The notes beneath the pieces were generated by a model, which worked only from the letters and a program-made list of their open reading frames with translations, did not search any database and had not been told where the DNA came from. A stretch of DNA of 64,000 nucleotides, taken from an uncultured Gemmatimonadales bacterium. Lineage in GTDB: Bacteria > Gemmatimonadota > Gemmatimonadetes > Longimicrobiales > Longimicrobiaceae. The position numbers were made by a program, and so were the translations under genes. The stretch spans positions 3,328,001-3,392,000 of the forward strand of contig OY970303.1 of assembly GCA_963716255.1 (NCBI GenBank). The letters run 5' to 3'. Positions within the stretch are counted from its first letter, which is position 1; each line of letters starts with the position of its first letter. Positions 49,074 through 58,546 of the stretch are shown piece by piece.

Positions 49074-49799
49074 ATGACGCGCCTTCTGCCGCTGCCGCTC
49101 CTCGTGCTGCTCCCCGCCGCCCTCGCGGCGCAGCAGCCCGCCCCCAACGCGCCCGCCTCGGTGGCCGGGTGCTGGGCGCTGACGCTGGGGCCCTGGACCC
49201 CGGCGATCGCCGCGTCGGCGGCGCACACCCTCCCCTCGCGCATCGCGCTGGACACCGCCGCGGCGGAGGAGACCACGCTGCGCGGCTCGCTGCGGGTGCG
49301 GGCGGTGGGCGGCACCGCGGGGACCGCGCGCCACGTGGCGTCGTGGTCCCCGCTCCCCGCCCGGCGCGACTCGCTGCGCATCCGCTGGTCCACCGTGGGC
49401 GCGGGCGTGGACGCGCGGCTGCGGGCCCGCGCGAACGAGCTGCGCGGCCGCGCGACGGCGTTCAGCGTGGACGCGCCGGGCGGAGCCGCCACCGCCCCCA
49501 TGGTGGCACGCCGCGTGGCGGACTGCGCGGAACCGCCCCCGGCCTCCGTCCCGGCGCCGTCCGCGGCCCCCGCCGTGGCGGAAGGCGCGACGGTGGTGCC
49601 CGGGCTGGAGGCGCGCGGCAGGGAGGCGGCCCGCGTCCCCGACACGCGCCCGGAGCGACCGCGCACCCCCGAGGTGGCCGGGCCGGAGAACCTGCCCCGC
49701 CCTCCGGCCCCGCCCATCGGGCGCGCGGAGGAGGCCGCGGGATGGGTCGTGGGCGCGGCGATCGTGTGGGTGCTCGTCCACCTGGCCGGCATCCTGTAG
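49074..49799 (+). CDS. Hypothetical secreted protein with a C-terminal TM anchor
   Basis: Signal peptide (LAAQQ), AGCWAL, Pro-rich linker, hydrophobic C-terminus. Confidence 0.6.
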   Translation: MTRLLPLPLLVLLPAALAAQQPAPNAPASVAGCWALTLGPWTPAIAASAAHTLPSRIALDTAAAEETTLRGSLRVRAVGGTAGTARHVASWSPLPARRDSLRIRWSTVGAGVDARLRARANELRGRATAFSVDAPGGAATAPMVARRVADCAEPPPASVPAPSAAPAVAEGATVVPGLEARGREAARVPDTRPERPRTPEVAGPENLPRPPAPPIGRAEEAAGWVVGAAIVWVLVHLAGIL

Positions 49800-49972
49800 G
49801 AGGACCGGCGGCGGTAGCCCCCAAGGTAACACCGCTCGGGCACCCGCTGCGACCTTTCGGGCCCCTCGTGCATCTATCTGGTGAGGCCGCCCCGCCGGGG
49901 CGGCGCGCGGGCTCCCCGCGGACGGCCGCGGCCCGGGGCCGCCGGACGGGCAACCCTCACCGGTCCCACGAC

Positions 49973-52282
49973 ATGCAGACATACAGGCGGATCCTGTTCC
50001 TTCCCGGCGCGGCGATCTCGCTGCTGCTGTGCGCGGGCGGCGCGGCGCGGGCGCAGGCGGCGCCGCGCCTCGCCCTGGCGGCGTGCTCGCTCCCCGGCGT
50101 GGAGGCGCCGGCGCGCTGCGGCACGCTGGAAGTGCCCGAGGACCGCGCGACGCCCGGGGGCCGCCGCATAGGGCTCAGGGTGGCGGTGATCCCGGCCGAG
50201 AGCGCCGCGCCCGCGCCGGACCCGGTGTTCGTGCTCGCGGGCGGGCCGGGGCAGCCGGCAACGGCGATGGCCGCGCAGGTGCTGCCGCCGCTTGCCGGCG
50301 TGCGGCGCGACCGCGACGTCGTGCTGGTGGACCAGCGCGGGACCGGCGGCTCCAACCCGCTGACCTGCGGCGACGGGAGCTGGACGCGGAGCGCCCGCGA
50401 CACCACGAGCGGCGCGGAGCAGGCGCGGGCCTGCCGCGCCGCGCTGGAAAGCCGCGCCGACCTGCGCATGTACGGCACCCCGGCCGCGGTCGCGGACCTG
50501 GACGCGGTGCGGGCGGCGCTCGGCTACGACCGCGTCAACCTGGTGGGCATCTCCTACGGGTCGCGCGTGGCGCAGGAGTACCTGCGGCGCCACCCGGAGC
50601 GGACGCGCAGCGTGGTGATGCGCGCGGTGGCGCCCGTGGGCTTCAACATCCCGCTGGACGGTGCGCTCGCTGCCCAGGCGGCGCTGGACCGCGTGGTCGC
50701 GGACTGCGCCGCGGACGCGGCGTGCTCGGCCGCGTACCCGCGCCTGGCGGCGGAGCTGGACTCCGTCTTCGCCCGCGCGGACCGCGCGCCCGCCCCGGTC
50801 CTCCTCCGTGACCTGGCCACGGGCGACACGGCGACGCTGTCGCTGTCGCGCGGCCTGCTGGCGCAGACGCTGTACACGCTGCTGCTCGGGAGCTCCTCGC
50901 GGCAGACGATTCCCATGCTGGTGCACGGAGCGGCCACCCGGGGCCCGGAGGCGCTGTCGCCGGTGCTCTCGCAGGTCGTCCCCGCCGTGTACGGCCCCAT
51001 CCCCCGGGGGATGTACCTGTCCGTGGTGTGCTCCGAGGACGCGCCCCGCATCACCGCCCACGACGCGGCGCGCGAGAGCCGCACCTTTTTGCGCGAGACC
51101 GAGGCGATCCGGGCGTCGTGCGCGGACTGGCCCCGCGCCGCCCTCCCCGCCGACTTCCACGAGCCCTTCCGCTCCGACGTCCCCGTGCTGCTGGTGTCCG
51201 GCGGCGCCGACCCCGCCACCCCGCCCGCCATGGGCGAGCGGGCGCGGAGCTACCTGCGGAACGCGCTCCACGTGGTGGTTCCCGCCGCGGCGCACGGGCC
51301 GGTGCTCCCCGGGTGCGCGCAGGAGATGGTGGCCCGCTTCGTCGCGGCCGGCTCGCACGAGGGGCTGGACGCCGCCTGTGCGGCCGAGGTCCGCTGGAAG
51401 CCGTTCGCCGCGCCCGCCCCGGCGCCCGCGCACCCCACCGAGGTGCCGCTCGTCTACGACAGCGGCCGGGTCCTGGTGCCGGTGCGCGTGGGCGCGGCGG
51501 ACTCGCTGGTCTTCATCCTGGACACCGCCGGCGGGGGGAGCGTGGTGTCGCCGGAAACGGTGGCGCGGCTGGGGATCCCGGCCTCCGCCGGGGACTCGGT
51601 GCAGGTGATGGGCGCCAGCGGCGCGGTCCGCCTGCGGCAGGTCCCGCTCCCGGCCGTCTCGCTGGGGGGGGCGAGGGTGGAGGGGATCACCGCCGTGGTC
51701 GCGGAAACGGCGCGCTTCCGCCGCTCGGCCGGGCCGGCGTACGCCGGGGTGCTGGGGAACGACTTCCTGCGCGCCTTCGACGTGGAGGTGGACGTCCCCG
51801 CCGGCCGCCTGCGCCTGTGGCGGCGCGGCGCGGACGCGGCGCCCCGCCCCGGCGCGGCTCCGGCGGCGGTCGCCAACCTGTCCCCCATGCCCGGCTTCGT
51901 GATGTTCGACGTGGCGGTGGGCGACTCCACCGTGCGCGCCATCCTGGACAGCGGCGCGGCCCACAGCACGCTCAACTGGCGCGCCGCCGCGGGGGCGGGG
52001 GTGACGCGCGCCACGCCGGGGATGCGGGTGACGCGCGCGGCGGGCGGGATGTCGGGCGACACGGTGGAGAGCCACCTGTACACCTTCGACCGGGTGGAGG
52101 TGGAGGGGCTGCGCTTTCCGCCGCTGGAAATGCGCATCTCCGACCTGCCGGTGTTCGCCGCGCTGGGGCTGGGGAGCCGCCCGACGATGCTGGTGGGCGC
52201 GGACCTGCTGCGCGCCTGCCGCGTCTTCATCTCGTACAGCGAGCGGCGCGTGCACCTGTGCGGCGCCCCCGCGGCGGCGTAG
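49973..52282 (+). CDS. TAP-like alpha/beta-hydrolase peptidase fused to two retropepsin-like aspartyl protease domains
   Basis: LAGGPG, DQRGTG, GISYG, G.ADPATP, AHG; then ILDTAG..GVLGNDFL and ILDSGA..LVGADLL. Confidence 0.85.
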   Translation: MQTYRRILFLPGAAISLLLCAGGAARAQAAPRLALAACSLPGVEAPARCGTLEVPEDRATPGGRRIGLRVAVIPAESAAPAPDPVFVLAGGPGQPATAMAAQVLPPLAGVRRDRDVVLVDQRGTGGSNPLTCGDGSWTRSARDTTSGAEQARACRAALESRADLRMYGTPAAVADLDAVRAALGYDRVNLVGISYGSRVAQEYLRRHPERTRSVVMRAVAPVGFNIPLDGALAAQAALDRVVADCAADAACSAAYPRLAAELDSVFARADRAPAPVLLRDLATGDTATLSLSRGLLAQTLYTLLLGSSSRQTIPMLVHGAATRGPEALSPVLSQVVPAVYGPIPRGMYLSVVCSEDAPRITAHDAARESRTFLRETEAIRASCADWPRAALPADFHEPFRSDVPVLLVSGGADPATPPAMGERARSYLRNALHVVVPAAAHGPVLPGCAQEMVARFVAAGSHEGLDAACAAEVRWKPFAAPAPAPAHPTEVPLVYDSGRVLVPVRVGAADSLVFILDTAGGGSVVSPETVARLGIPASAGDSVQVMGASGAVRLRQVPLPAVSLGGARVEGITAVVAETARFRRSAGPAYAGVLGNDFLRAFDVEVDVPAGRLRLWRRGADAAPRPGAAPAAVANLSPMPGFVMFDVAVGDSTVRAILDSGAAHSTLNWRAAAGAGVTRATPGMRVTRAAGGMSGDTVESHLYTFDRVEVEGLRFPPLEMRISDLPVFAALGLGSRPTMLVGADLLRACRVFISYSERRVHLCGAPAAA

Positions 52283-52301
52283 CGGGAGCGCGGGAGAGCC
52301 G

Positions 52302-52895
52302 GTGCACGCGGACGCCTTCGCCGAGGCCCTGGAGCCCCACTACGACGACGCCGTGCGGTACTGCCGCGCCCTGTGCGCGCGGTGGTCCCCCGGCGACGCC
52401 GACGACGTGCTCCAGCAGGCGCTCCTCCAGGCGCTGGAGCACTTCGGCTCGCTGCGCGACCCGGCGAAGTTCCGCTCCTGGCTCTTCCGCATCGTCACAC
52501 AGTGCTTCCACGCCGCCGCCCGGCGGCACTTCTGGCGCCGCTTCGTCCCCCTGGCGGAGGCGGGCGGCGGCGAACCCATGCCCGCCGTGCTCCGGGGGAG
52601 GGCGGAGGCGCCGGGGCGCGCGGCGCTGCTGGCCGCGCTGGGCCGCCTGCCGGACCGCGACCGTGCGGCGCTGCTCCTGTTCGAGGTGGCGGGGATGTCG
52701 CTGGAGGAGGTGGGCGCGGTGCAGGGCGACCGCAGCGTGTCCGCCACCAAGTCGCGCCTGAGCCGCGCGCGGCAGCGGGTGCGGGGGATGCTGGAGGCCG
52801 GGCTCCCCGCGGCGAGAGGCGGGGCCGGGGACGAGGGCGTGGAGGCGGCGACGCTGCGGCTCCTGGACGAGATCGACGCACGGAGGGAAAGATGA
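52302..52895 (+). CDS. ECF RNA polymerase sigma factor
   Basis: DADDVLQ, FRSWLFRI, L.L....GMS.EEV, KSRLSRAR. Confidence 0.9.
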   Translation: MHADAFAEALEPHYDDAVRYCRALCARWSPGDADDVLQQALLQALEHFGSLRDPAKFRSWLFRIVTQCFHAAARRHFWRRFVPLAEAGGGEPMPAVLRGRAEAPGRAALLAALGRLPDRDRAALLLFEVAGMSLEEVGAVQGDRSVSATKSRLSRARQRVRGMLEAGLPAARGGAGDEGVEAATLRLLDEIDARRER

Positions 52896-53809
52896 GCGAG
52901 CTGGACCGCGAGCTGGAAGCGCTCCGGCGCGAGCCGGTGGGGGACAGCTTCCCCGCCGTGTCCGCCTGGCTGCACCGGGTGGAGGCGGAGCGGGCGCGCG
53001 CCCCGCGGCCCGCCCGGCCGCGCCGGGCGCGGCTGCTCCCGGCGGCGCGGCTGGCCACGGCGCTGGGCGCGGTGGCGCTGCTGGCGGTGGCGTGCGCGCT
53101 CCCCGTGCGGCGGACGGAGACGCTGGGGTGGTACGCCTCCGTGCGCCTTCCCGGCGGCGCCGCGCAGGCGCAGGCCGGCGTGGCGCGGCTCCCCTGGGCG
53201 CGGGGCGCGCTCGCCATCGCCTCGGCGGGGGAGGACGGCAGGACCACGCTGTACCTTGCGTCGCTGCGCGCCGACCCCGCCGAGGCGCGGCGCTGGGCCC
53301 GCGACCTGGCGGCGCTCCCCGGCGCGGCGGGCGTCGCGACGTCGCCCCTGCGCGACGAGGTGGTGCGCCCCGCGTACGCCGCCGCCGGCCGCGCCCTCTT
53401 CGGCGCGCGCTTTCCCGGCGCGGGAATGGGCGAGCGCGAGCGGATGGGGCGGGTGCTCGCCCTGGCGCGCGAGCTGGCCCCGGGGAGCGTGGTGGTGCTG
53501 GAGCACCCGCGCGCGGGCTCCCCCGGCGGCGCGCTGGTCTACCCGCGCGGCGCGGACTCGGCGGGGGCGGTGGAGGTGGCCGTGGGCGACGACCCGCAGG
53601 TGACGCTCATGCTGCTGCGGCGCCGCCCCGGCGCGGAGCCGGACACCGTCGTCATCCCGCTGGACGCCGGCCGGATGGCCGGCGCCGGCGACGCCGAGCG
53701 CACGGAGATGGTGCGCCGGGCGCTGCGCGAGCGCGGCGTGGACAACGTGGAGGTGCGCGTGGAGAACGGCGTCGTCCGCGTCACCGCCGTGCCCGGTTCG
53801 CAGCCGTAG
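52892..53809 (+). CDS. Putative anti-sigma / membrane protein
   Basis: ATGA overlap with the sigma gene; single TM segment (ALGAVALLAVACALP). Confidence 0.65.
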   Translation: MSELDRELEALRREPVGDSFPAVSAWLHRVEAERARAPRPARPRRARLLPAARLATALGAVALLAVACALPVRRTETLGWYASVRLPGGAAQAQAGVARLPWARGALAIASAGEDGRTTLYLASLRADPAEARRWARDLAALPGAAGVATSPLRDEVVRPAYAAAGRALFGARFPGAGMGERERMGRVLALARELAPGSVVVLEHPRAGSPGGALVYPRGADSAGAVEVAVGDDPQVTLMLLRRRPGAEPDTVVIPLDAGRMAGAGDAERTEMVRRALRERGVDNVEVRVENGVVRVTAVPGSQP

Positions 53810-53845
53810 CATCGCAGGGTCGTATCGGGGTGAACGGCCGGGTTC

Positions 53846-53979
53846 GGGCGTGCCCCCGGCTGGCGCCGGGGTCGGGCTTCGGCTCCGTAGCACACGAAAC
53901 TACCGTGTGCAACGGAGTCGAGCCCTGGCGGAAACAGCCCCGCCGGGGCTCGCCCCTTCGGGCCGAAATCCCTCACGCG
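53846..53979 (+). repeat. Structured ~130-bp dispersed repeat, copy 7 (followed by a REP-like hairpin at 54005-54034)
   Basis: Inner stem GCACACG/CGTGTGC. Confidence 0.92.
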
Positions 53980-54100
53980 GGTGCCGCGCTGGCGTCCGCT
54001 GGGGCCCCCTCCCCCGCAAGCGGGAGAGGGGGAGAACTACAGGACATCCGCGGCTTCGGCGCCTTGCGGATGCCCAGGGAGCCCGATTTACACGGATTCC

Positions 54101-54781
54101 GTGTCGCGCACTCTCGCCCTCACGCACTTTCCCTTGTCCGACGCCGTCCTCGTGTTCGTCCGCGCGCCGCAGGCCGGCCGCGTCAAGACGCGCCTCGCCG
54201 CCGCGATCGGCGCGGAGGCGGCGCTGCGCGTGTACGTGCGCCTGGCGGAGCACGCGCTCGCCCAGGCGCGCGCGTCGGGCGCGGCGCCGCGGGTGCACTT
54301 CACCCCGGCGGACGCGGGGGAAGCGGTGCGGGCGTGGCTGGGCCCGGGCGCGGCGTACCTGCCGCAGGCGGAGGGGGACCTGGGGGAGCGGATGCGCGGA
54401 GCCTTCGAGGCGGCGTTCGCCGCGGGGTACGGGCGGGTGGTGATCGTCGGCTCGGACCTGCCGGGGCTGACGGCGGAGCTCCTGGAGCGGGCCTTCGCGC
54501 TGCTGGACGCGCACGAGGCGGTGCTGGGCCCCGCGCGCGACGGGGGCTACTGGCTGCTGGGGATGCGGCGCCCGGTGCCGGCGGCGTTCCACGGGATCGC
54601 CTGGAGCACGGCGGAGGTGTTCGAGGCGACGGTGGCGCGGCTGCGGGCGGAGGGGATCGAGCCGGCGCTGCTGGAGGAGCTGGGCGACGTGGACGAGGCC
54701 GCGGACCTCCCGCCGGGGTGGCGCGAGTGGGCCGCCGCTGCGGACGAACCGCCCGCGGACGCCAGCGCCCACCCCGCGTGA
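54101..54781 (+). CDS. DUF2064 / TIGR04282-type glycosyltransferase
   Basis: P..GRVKTRLA, Q.EGDLGERM, GSDLP, LGPA.DGGYWL.G, DVD...DL; start uncertain (54101 GTG or 54134 TTG). Confidence 0.88.
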   Translation: MSRTLALTHFPLSDAVLVFVRAPQAGRVKTRLAAAIGAEAALRVYVRLAEHALAQARASGAAPRVHFTPADAGEAVRAWLGPGAAYLPQAEGDLGERMRGAFEAAFAAGYGRVVIVGSDLPGLTAELLERAFALLDAHEAVLGPARDGGYWLLGMRRPVPAAFHGIAWSTAEVFEATVARLRAEGIEPALLEELGDVDEAADLPPGWREWAAAADEPPADASAHPA

Positions 54782-54904
54782 GGGATTTCGGCCCGAAGGG
54801 GCGAGACCGCGCGGCTGTTTGCGCGGGCTCGACTCCGTTAGCCCGCGTTGTTTGCGGGCTTACGGAGCCGAAGCCCGACCCCGGCGACAGCCGGGGGCAC
54901 GCCC
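54775..54904 (-). repeat. Structured ~130-bp dispersed repeat, copy 8
   Basis: Inner stem AGCCCGC/GCGGGCT; contains the TGA stop of the upstream CDS. Confidence 0.92.
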
Positions 54905-54933
54905 AAGCCTGTCGTTCGTAACCCGATCGAGGA

Positions 54934-55611
54934 CTACCGGTAGCGCGCCGCCAGCCGCTCCGGGTCCGCGCCCAGCCGGTACGCCAGACGCAATCGCCAC
55001 ATCAGCAGGATCGTCCGCCACACGCCGCGCGTCTCCCAGCGGCGGCTGGAGGTGAGCACGGTCTCGCGCAGGCACAGCGGCCGTCCGCGGCGGAGCAGCG
55101 CGCGGGAGAGCGCCACGTCCTCCATCAGCGGGATCTCGGGGAAGCCGCCCGCGTCCCGGAACCAGTCGCGCCGCACGAAGATCGCCTGGTCGCCGGTGGC
55201 GATGCCCCCGGCGCGGGAGCGCAGCGAGATCATCCGCTCCACCACGCGCAGCATGGGCAGGCGGCCGGTGAGCCGCACGTCGAAGCGCCCCCACCCGCGC
55301 CCGCTCCGCGCCAGCCCGTCCAGCACCAGCCGGTCCGCGCCATCGGGCAGCCGCGTGTCCGCGTGCAGGAACAGGAGCACGTCGCCGCGCGCTTCCCGCG
55401 CCCCGGCGTTCTGCTGCCGCGCCCGGCCGCGCTCCGAGCGCAGCACGCGGTCGGCCAGCGGCTCCGCCGCCTCCGGCGTGCCGTCGGCGCTGCCGCCGTC
55501 CACCACCAGCACCTCGTGCCCGCGCACGCGCAGCGGCTGGAGCGGCGCCAGCGTCGCGGCGATCCCCTCCGCCTCGTCGAGGGCGGGGACGACGATGGTC
55601 AATGTCCGCAT
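54934..55611 (-). CDS. TIGR04283-type GT2 glycosyltransferase
   Basis: VVDGGS.DGT, GRARQQNAGA, LLFLHADT, ATGDQAIFV, PLMED, TS.RRW. Confidence 0.92.
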   Translation of the reverse strand: MRTLTIVVPALDEAEGIAATLAPLQPLRVRGHEVLVVDGGSADGTPEAAEPLADRVLRSERGRARQQNAGAREARGDVLLFLHADTRLPDGADRLVLDGLARSGRGWGRFDVRLTGRLPMLRVVERMISLRSRAGGIATGDQAIFVRRDWFRDAGGFPEIPLMEDVALSRALLRRGRPLCLRETVLTSSRRWETRGVWRTILLMWRLRLAYRLGADPERLAARYR

Positions 55612-56874
55612 CCTGTCCGCCTGAGCTCTGTCTGGTAACTCAAATGTCGGAAGCCCCACTGGATCATAGCGAGGCCAAGATCGCCAGGAAGTTCACGGCA
55701 AACTTCTCATGGAGGGTGCCGAGGCGACAGTCGCACGACGACCCGCGTAGCTGCACCGCCCTTAAGCAGGCTTTTCTTGACAGAGTTGCCAGGGCTCACT
55801 ATCCTGGCTGAGTTCTGCCTGCCTTGTACAGCTTTGTGCAATAAGGATTGCCTGTCGCTATGGTTTGATGGTGAACATCCGCCTCGCTTGCGTACTTTCG
55901 CCGCAAAGTTCATTTGTCGCCGACATCACACCAAATTGCCTGGCAATCCGTCCGAGAAACCGGACTAACTGGCTGCGCCGCAAATAGCGAATTCAATAAG
56001 GGCTTCTTGGCCCTCTTAATATGGATGCCGCTTCTGGGTTGAAGAAGGCTAGATGGGTAAGTGACCGGTATTCTCCATCAAGCACAGTTCACACGAACAT
56101 CCCACGAGGTGTCAGAATGAGCATATGGACGTTTGAGGCTGCCGAGATCGCCGACACCGACGACATCGCATCCCGGCCAATCTACCGGACGTCTGATATC
56201 AGCGAGTTCCTCAGCTTCGAGAGATCCCAGAAGCGTATCATCTGTGGGCTGAAAGGCACCGGGAAAACACTCTTCCTAAAGCTTACCAGCTACCACTACA
56301 GGCGAATGAGCGGCTTCACATTCGTCCCCGCGACGCAGCTTACCGAGCGCCTCTATTCCATAGACCACGATTTTTCCGGCGAAAGAGCTGTGATGTGGGC
56401 TTCGCACGAAAGATGGAAACACGTTTGGCGTACGGTTCTCGCCGTCGTCGTGCTGCGGGCGCTGCGACAAGAACTCCATGCGGAAGTGAATGAGCTTTTT
56501 CCTGAGAGCCTCGGAACATCTGTCGGAGCGCATCTTTCACGCGCTCTCAAGACTCGCGCCGGCGGATCTCGTTTGTTCCAAGATATGTTTCCCAACAGGC
56601 TGGATGCAGCGGTCCAGCGAATCAGCCAGCCAGTCGCAGTGTTCGTTGACAACATTGACGAGGCATTCGCTCGACATGCGGGCTATGACCTGTACAATCA
56701 ATCGGTTCGAGTGGATCGGCAGTCTGGCTCGCACTCATACGACATTTGGCTGGCCGCCCAACTCGGATTCATTCTGGCGGTGCGAGAGCTTTCCTCGCGA
56801 AATTCCCACTTGAAGCTTTTTGGTACCGTCCGTTCCGAGGCGATTCGCGACAATCCCACGCAAACCGCTTTTAA

Positions 56875-58546
56875 CCCGGATCCTGCACGGGAGTGGCGCC
56901 CCGGTGGATTTCGCCTCTCGCGAGCCGGCAGATGACGGCGGAGGCGGCGACCGAGCGAGCCGGGACGTTGCCGCCGCCCTCGCAAGAGGCTCTGCCGCGG
57001 CTGATTCCGGTCTGCCGGGCGCCGCAGGGCAAAGCGGCTCCACCACCGGGCCGATGGGCTCCGGTCTTCCTCGCCCTGCGTGCCTGCGCCAGAGACTCTC
57101 AGGCTGGCAGGGGCGGTCCCGTGCCGACCCGGCGCAGCGCCCGGAGCAGTTCTCGGCGCAGCGGCTCGGCCCGCTGGAGCTGCACGTACTGCTTGCGCGC
57201 GTGCGTGGTCAGCTTCGCCGGAAGGCGGAAGAGCCAGGCCCGCAGGCGCTTCGGCTGTGCCCGGCGCCAGCTTCCCGAGAGCGCCGTGGTGCGGAGGGTG
57301 TGGAGCATCTGATACGCCAGCGCACCCAGCGCCCAGAGCAGATGATTACCCCCCAGATCATCGACCGCCGTCTGCCCCACCGAGAGCTGTCCCAGCTCCT
57401 CGATCCGCTGCTCCACGAGCGCGCCCTGGTTGTAGAGCCGCCACGCCGAGAGGACGCTGATCCCCGCCACGTTGCTCAGCACGTGCGCCGTCTTCTCGAC
57501 CTTGTAGCTCTCCAGCTCCAGCTCGCCTTCGGCGCCCCCGATCTCGCGCCGCTGTTCCACCGTCAGCAGCCGCGCGCCGTAGATCGTGCCCGAGGCCGTC
57601 CAGAGCTTGGGGTCCTTCTGGGAGCGGCGAAAGGGCGAGAGGTGACGCCGCAGCCACTTCTGGTCGGGCACCTTGAGCACGTAGCCGACCCCGAGGGCCT
57701 CCAGCGCCTCGACCATCTTCCGGGAGAAGAACCCCTTGTCCAGACGCAGCGTGATCTGCTCGACCCCGGCCGCGCGGAGCTGCCCCACCAGGGCCTCGAT
57801 CCAGGGGATCGCCCCGGCGGCGGTGTGGGCGCTGCCCGCTCGCCAGCGCACGCCCAGGCAGTCGCCCGTCTCGGCCAGGAAGGCCACCAGCGGGTGGTGA
57901 CTGGGTCGGCCCTTCTTCGTGGGGTTGTAGCCCTTTTCGGCGCCCGCCTGCTTGAGCCCGTATCGCTGCACCACCGTGCTGTCCAGCACCAGCATCACCG
58001 AGCGCGGCACTGCGCTCCTCGCCCAACGGGCACGCACCATCTGCCAGAGAACGGCGTCGAGCTGCCCCGCCAGGCGCTCCCCGCCGCGACGCAGCCAGCG
58101 CCCGTAGGTCGTTGGATCGGGCAGGCCCTTCCAGCCGAAGAGGCGGCGGATGCCGCGCCCGCCCAGCAGGCGCAGATCATCCATGCAGCCGCCGCCGTAG
58201 AGCAGCAGTACGATCCAGAGCTCCACCATCAGGCTCGGCCGGTAGGCGCCGCGCAGCCAGGCCGCTTCGGTGTCGAGCCTCTGCCCCAGCCCCAGTCGAT
58301 CCCAGAGACGGCGAAGCAGCAGCAGGCCCGCTCCGTCCGTCAGCTCACCGGCCGAGTGCCGAAGCCGCAGCGGGGCCGCCCTGCCTTGCACGTGGGGTCG
58401 AGAAGCGATAGTCTGAACTCGCACCGTCTGGGTGCCTATGGTTGGGTGGAATACTTCTGCCAGGAAGTTCCCTCAACCTACGGCCCCAGGCGGTGTTCTG
58501 CATCCTACCCCTCCCTTTTCCTACCTTCACCCGTGCAGGATCCGGG
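56875..58546 (-). mobile_element. IS1380-family insertion sequence, 1672 bp
   Basis: 17-bp perfect terminal IRs CCCGGATCCTGCACGGG; TTTAA target duplication at 56870-56874 and 58547-58551. Confidence 0.95.
57099..58424 (-). CDS. IS1380-family DDE transposase
   Basis: LT..AGL, LDSTV, HPL.AF, RLDKGFF, YNQ...VEQRIEE, LR..LF.LPA.L. Confidence 0.9.
   Translation of the reverse strand: MRVQTIASRPHVQGRAAPLRLRHSAGELTDGAGLLLLRRLWDRLGLGQRLDTEAAWLRGAYRPSLMVELWIVLLLYGGGCMDDLRLLGGRGIRRLFGWKGLPDPTTYGRWLRRGGERLAGQLDAVLWQMVRARWARSAVPRSVMLVLDSTVVQRYGLKQAGAEKGYNPTKKGRPSHHPLVAFLAETGDCLGVRWRAGSAHTAAGAIPWIEALVGQLRAAGVEQITLRLDKGFFSRKMVEALEALGVGYVLKVPDQKWLRRHLSPFRRSQKDPKLWTASGTIYGARLLTVEQRREIGGAEGELELESYKVEKTAHVLSNVAGISVLSAWRLYNQGALVEQRIEELGQLSVGQTAVDDLGGNHLLWALGALAYQMLHTLRTTALSGSWRRAQPKRLRAWLFRLPAKLTTHARKQYVQLQRAEPLRRELLRALRRVGTGPPLPA

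Noticed and set aside
54101..55611. Complete arsenosugar biosynthesis pathway
   Set aside because: Only the two glycosyltransferase-type genes are present; no radical SAM or arsenite methyltransferase is in the window.
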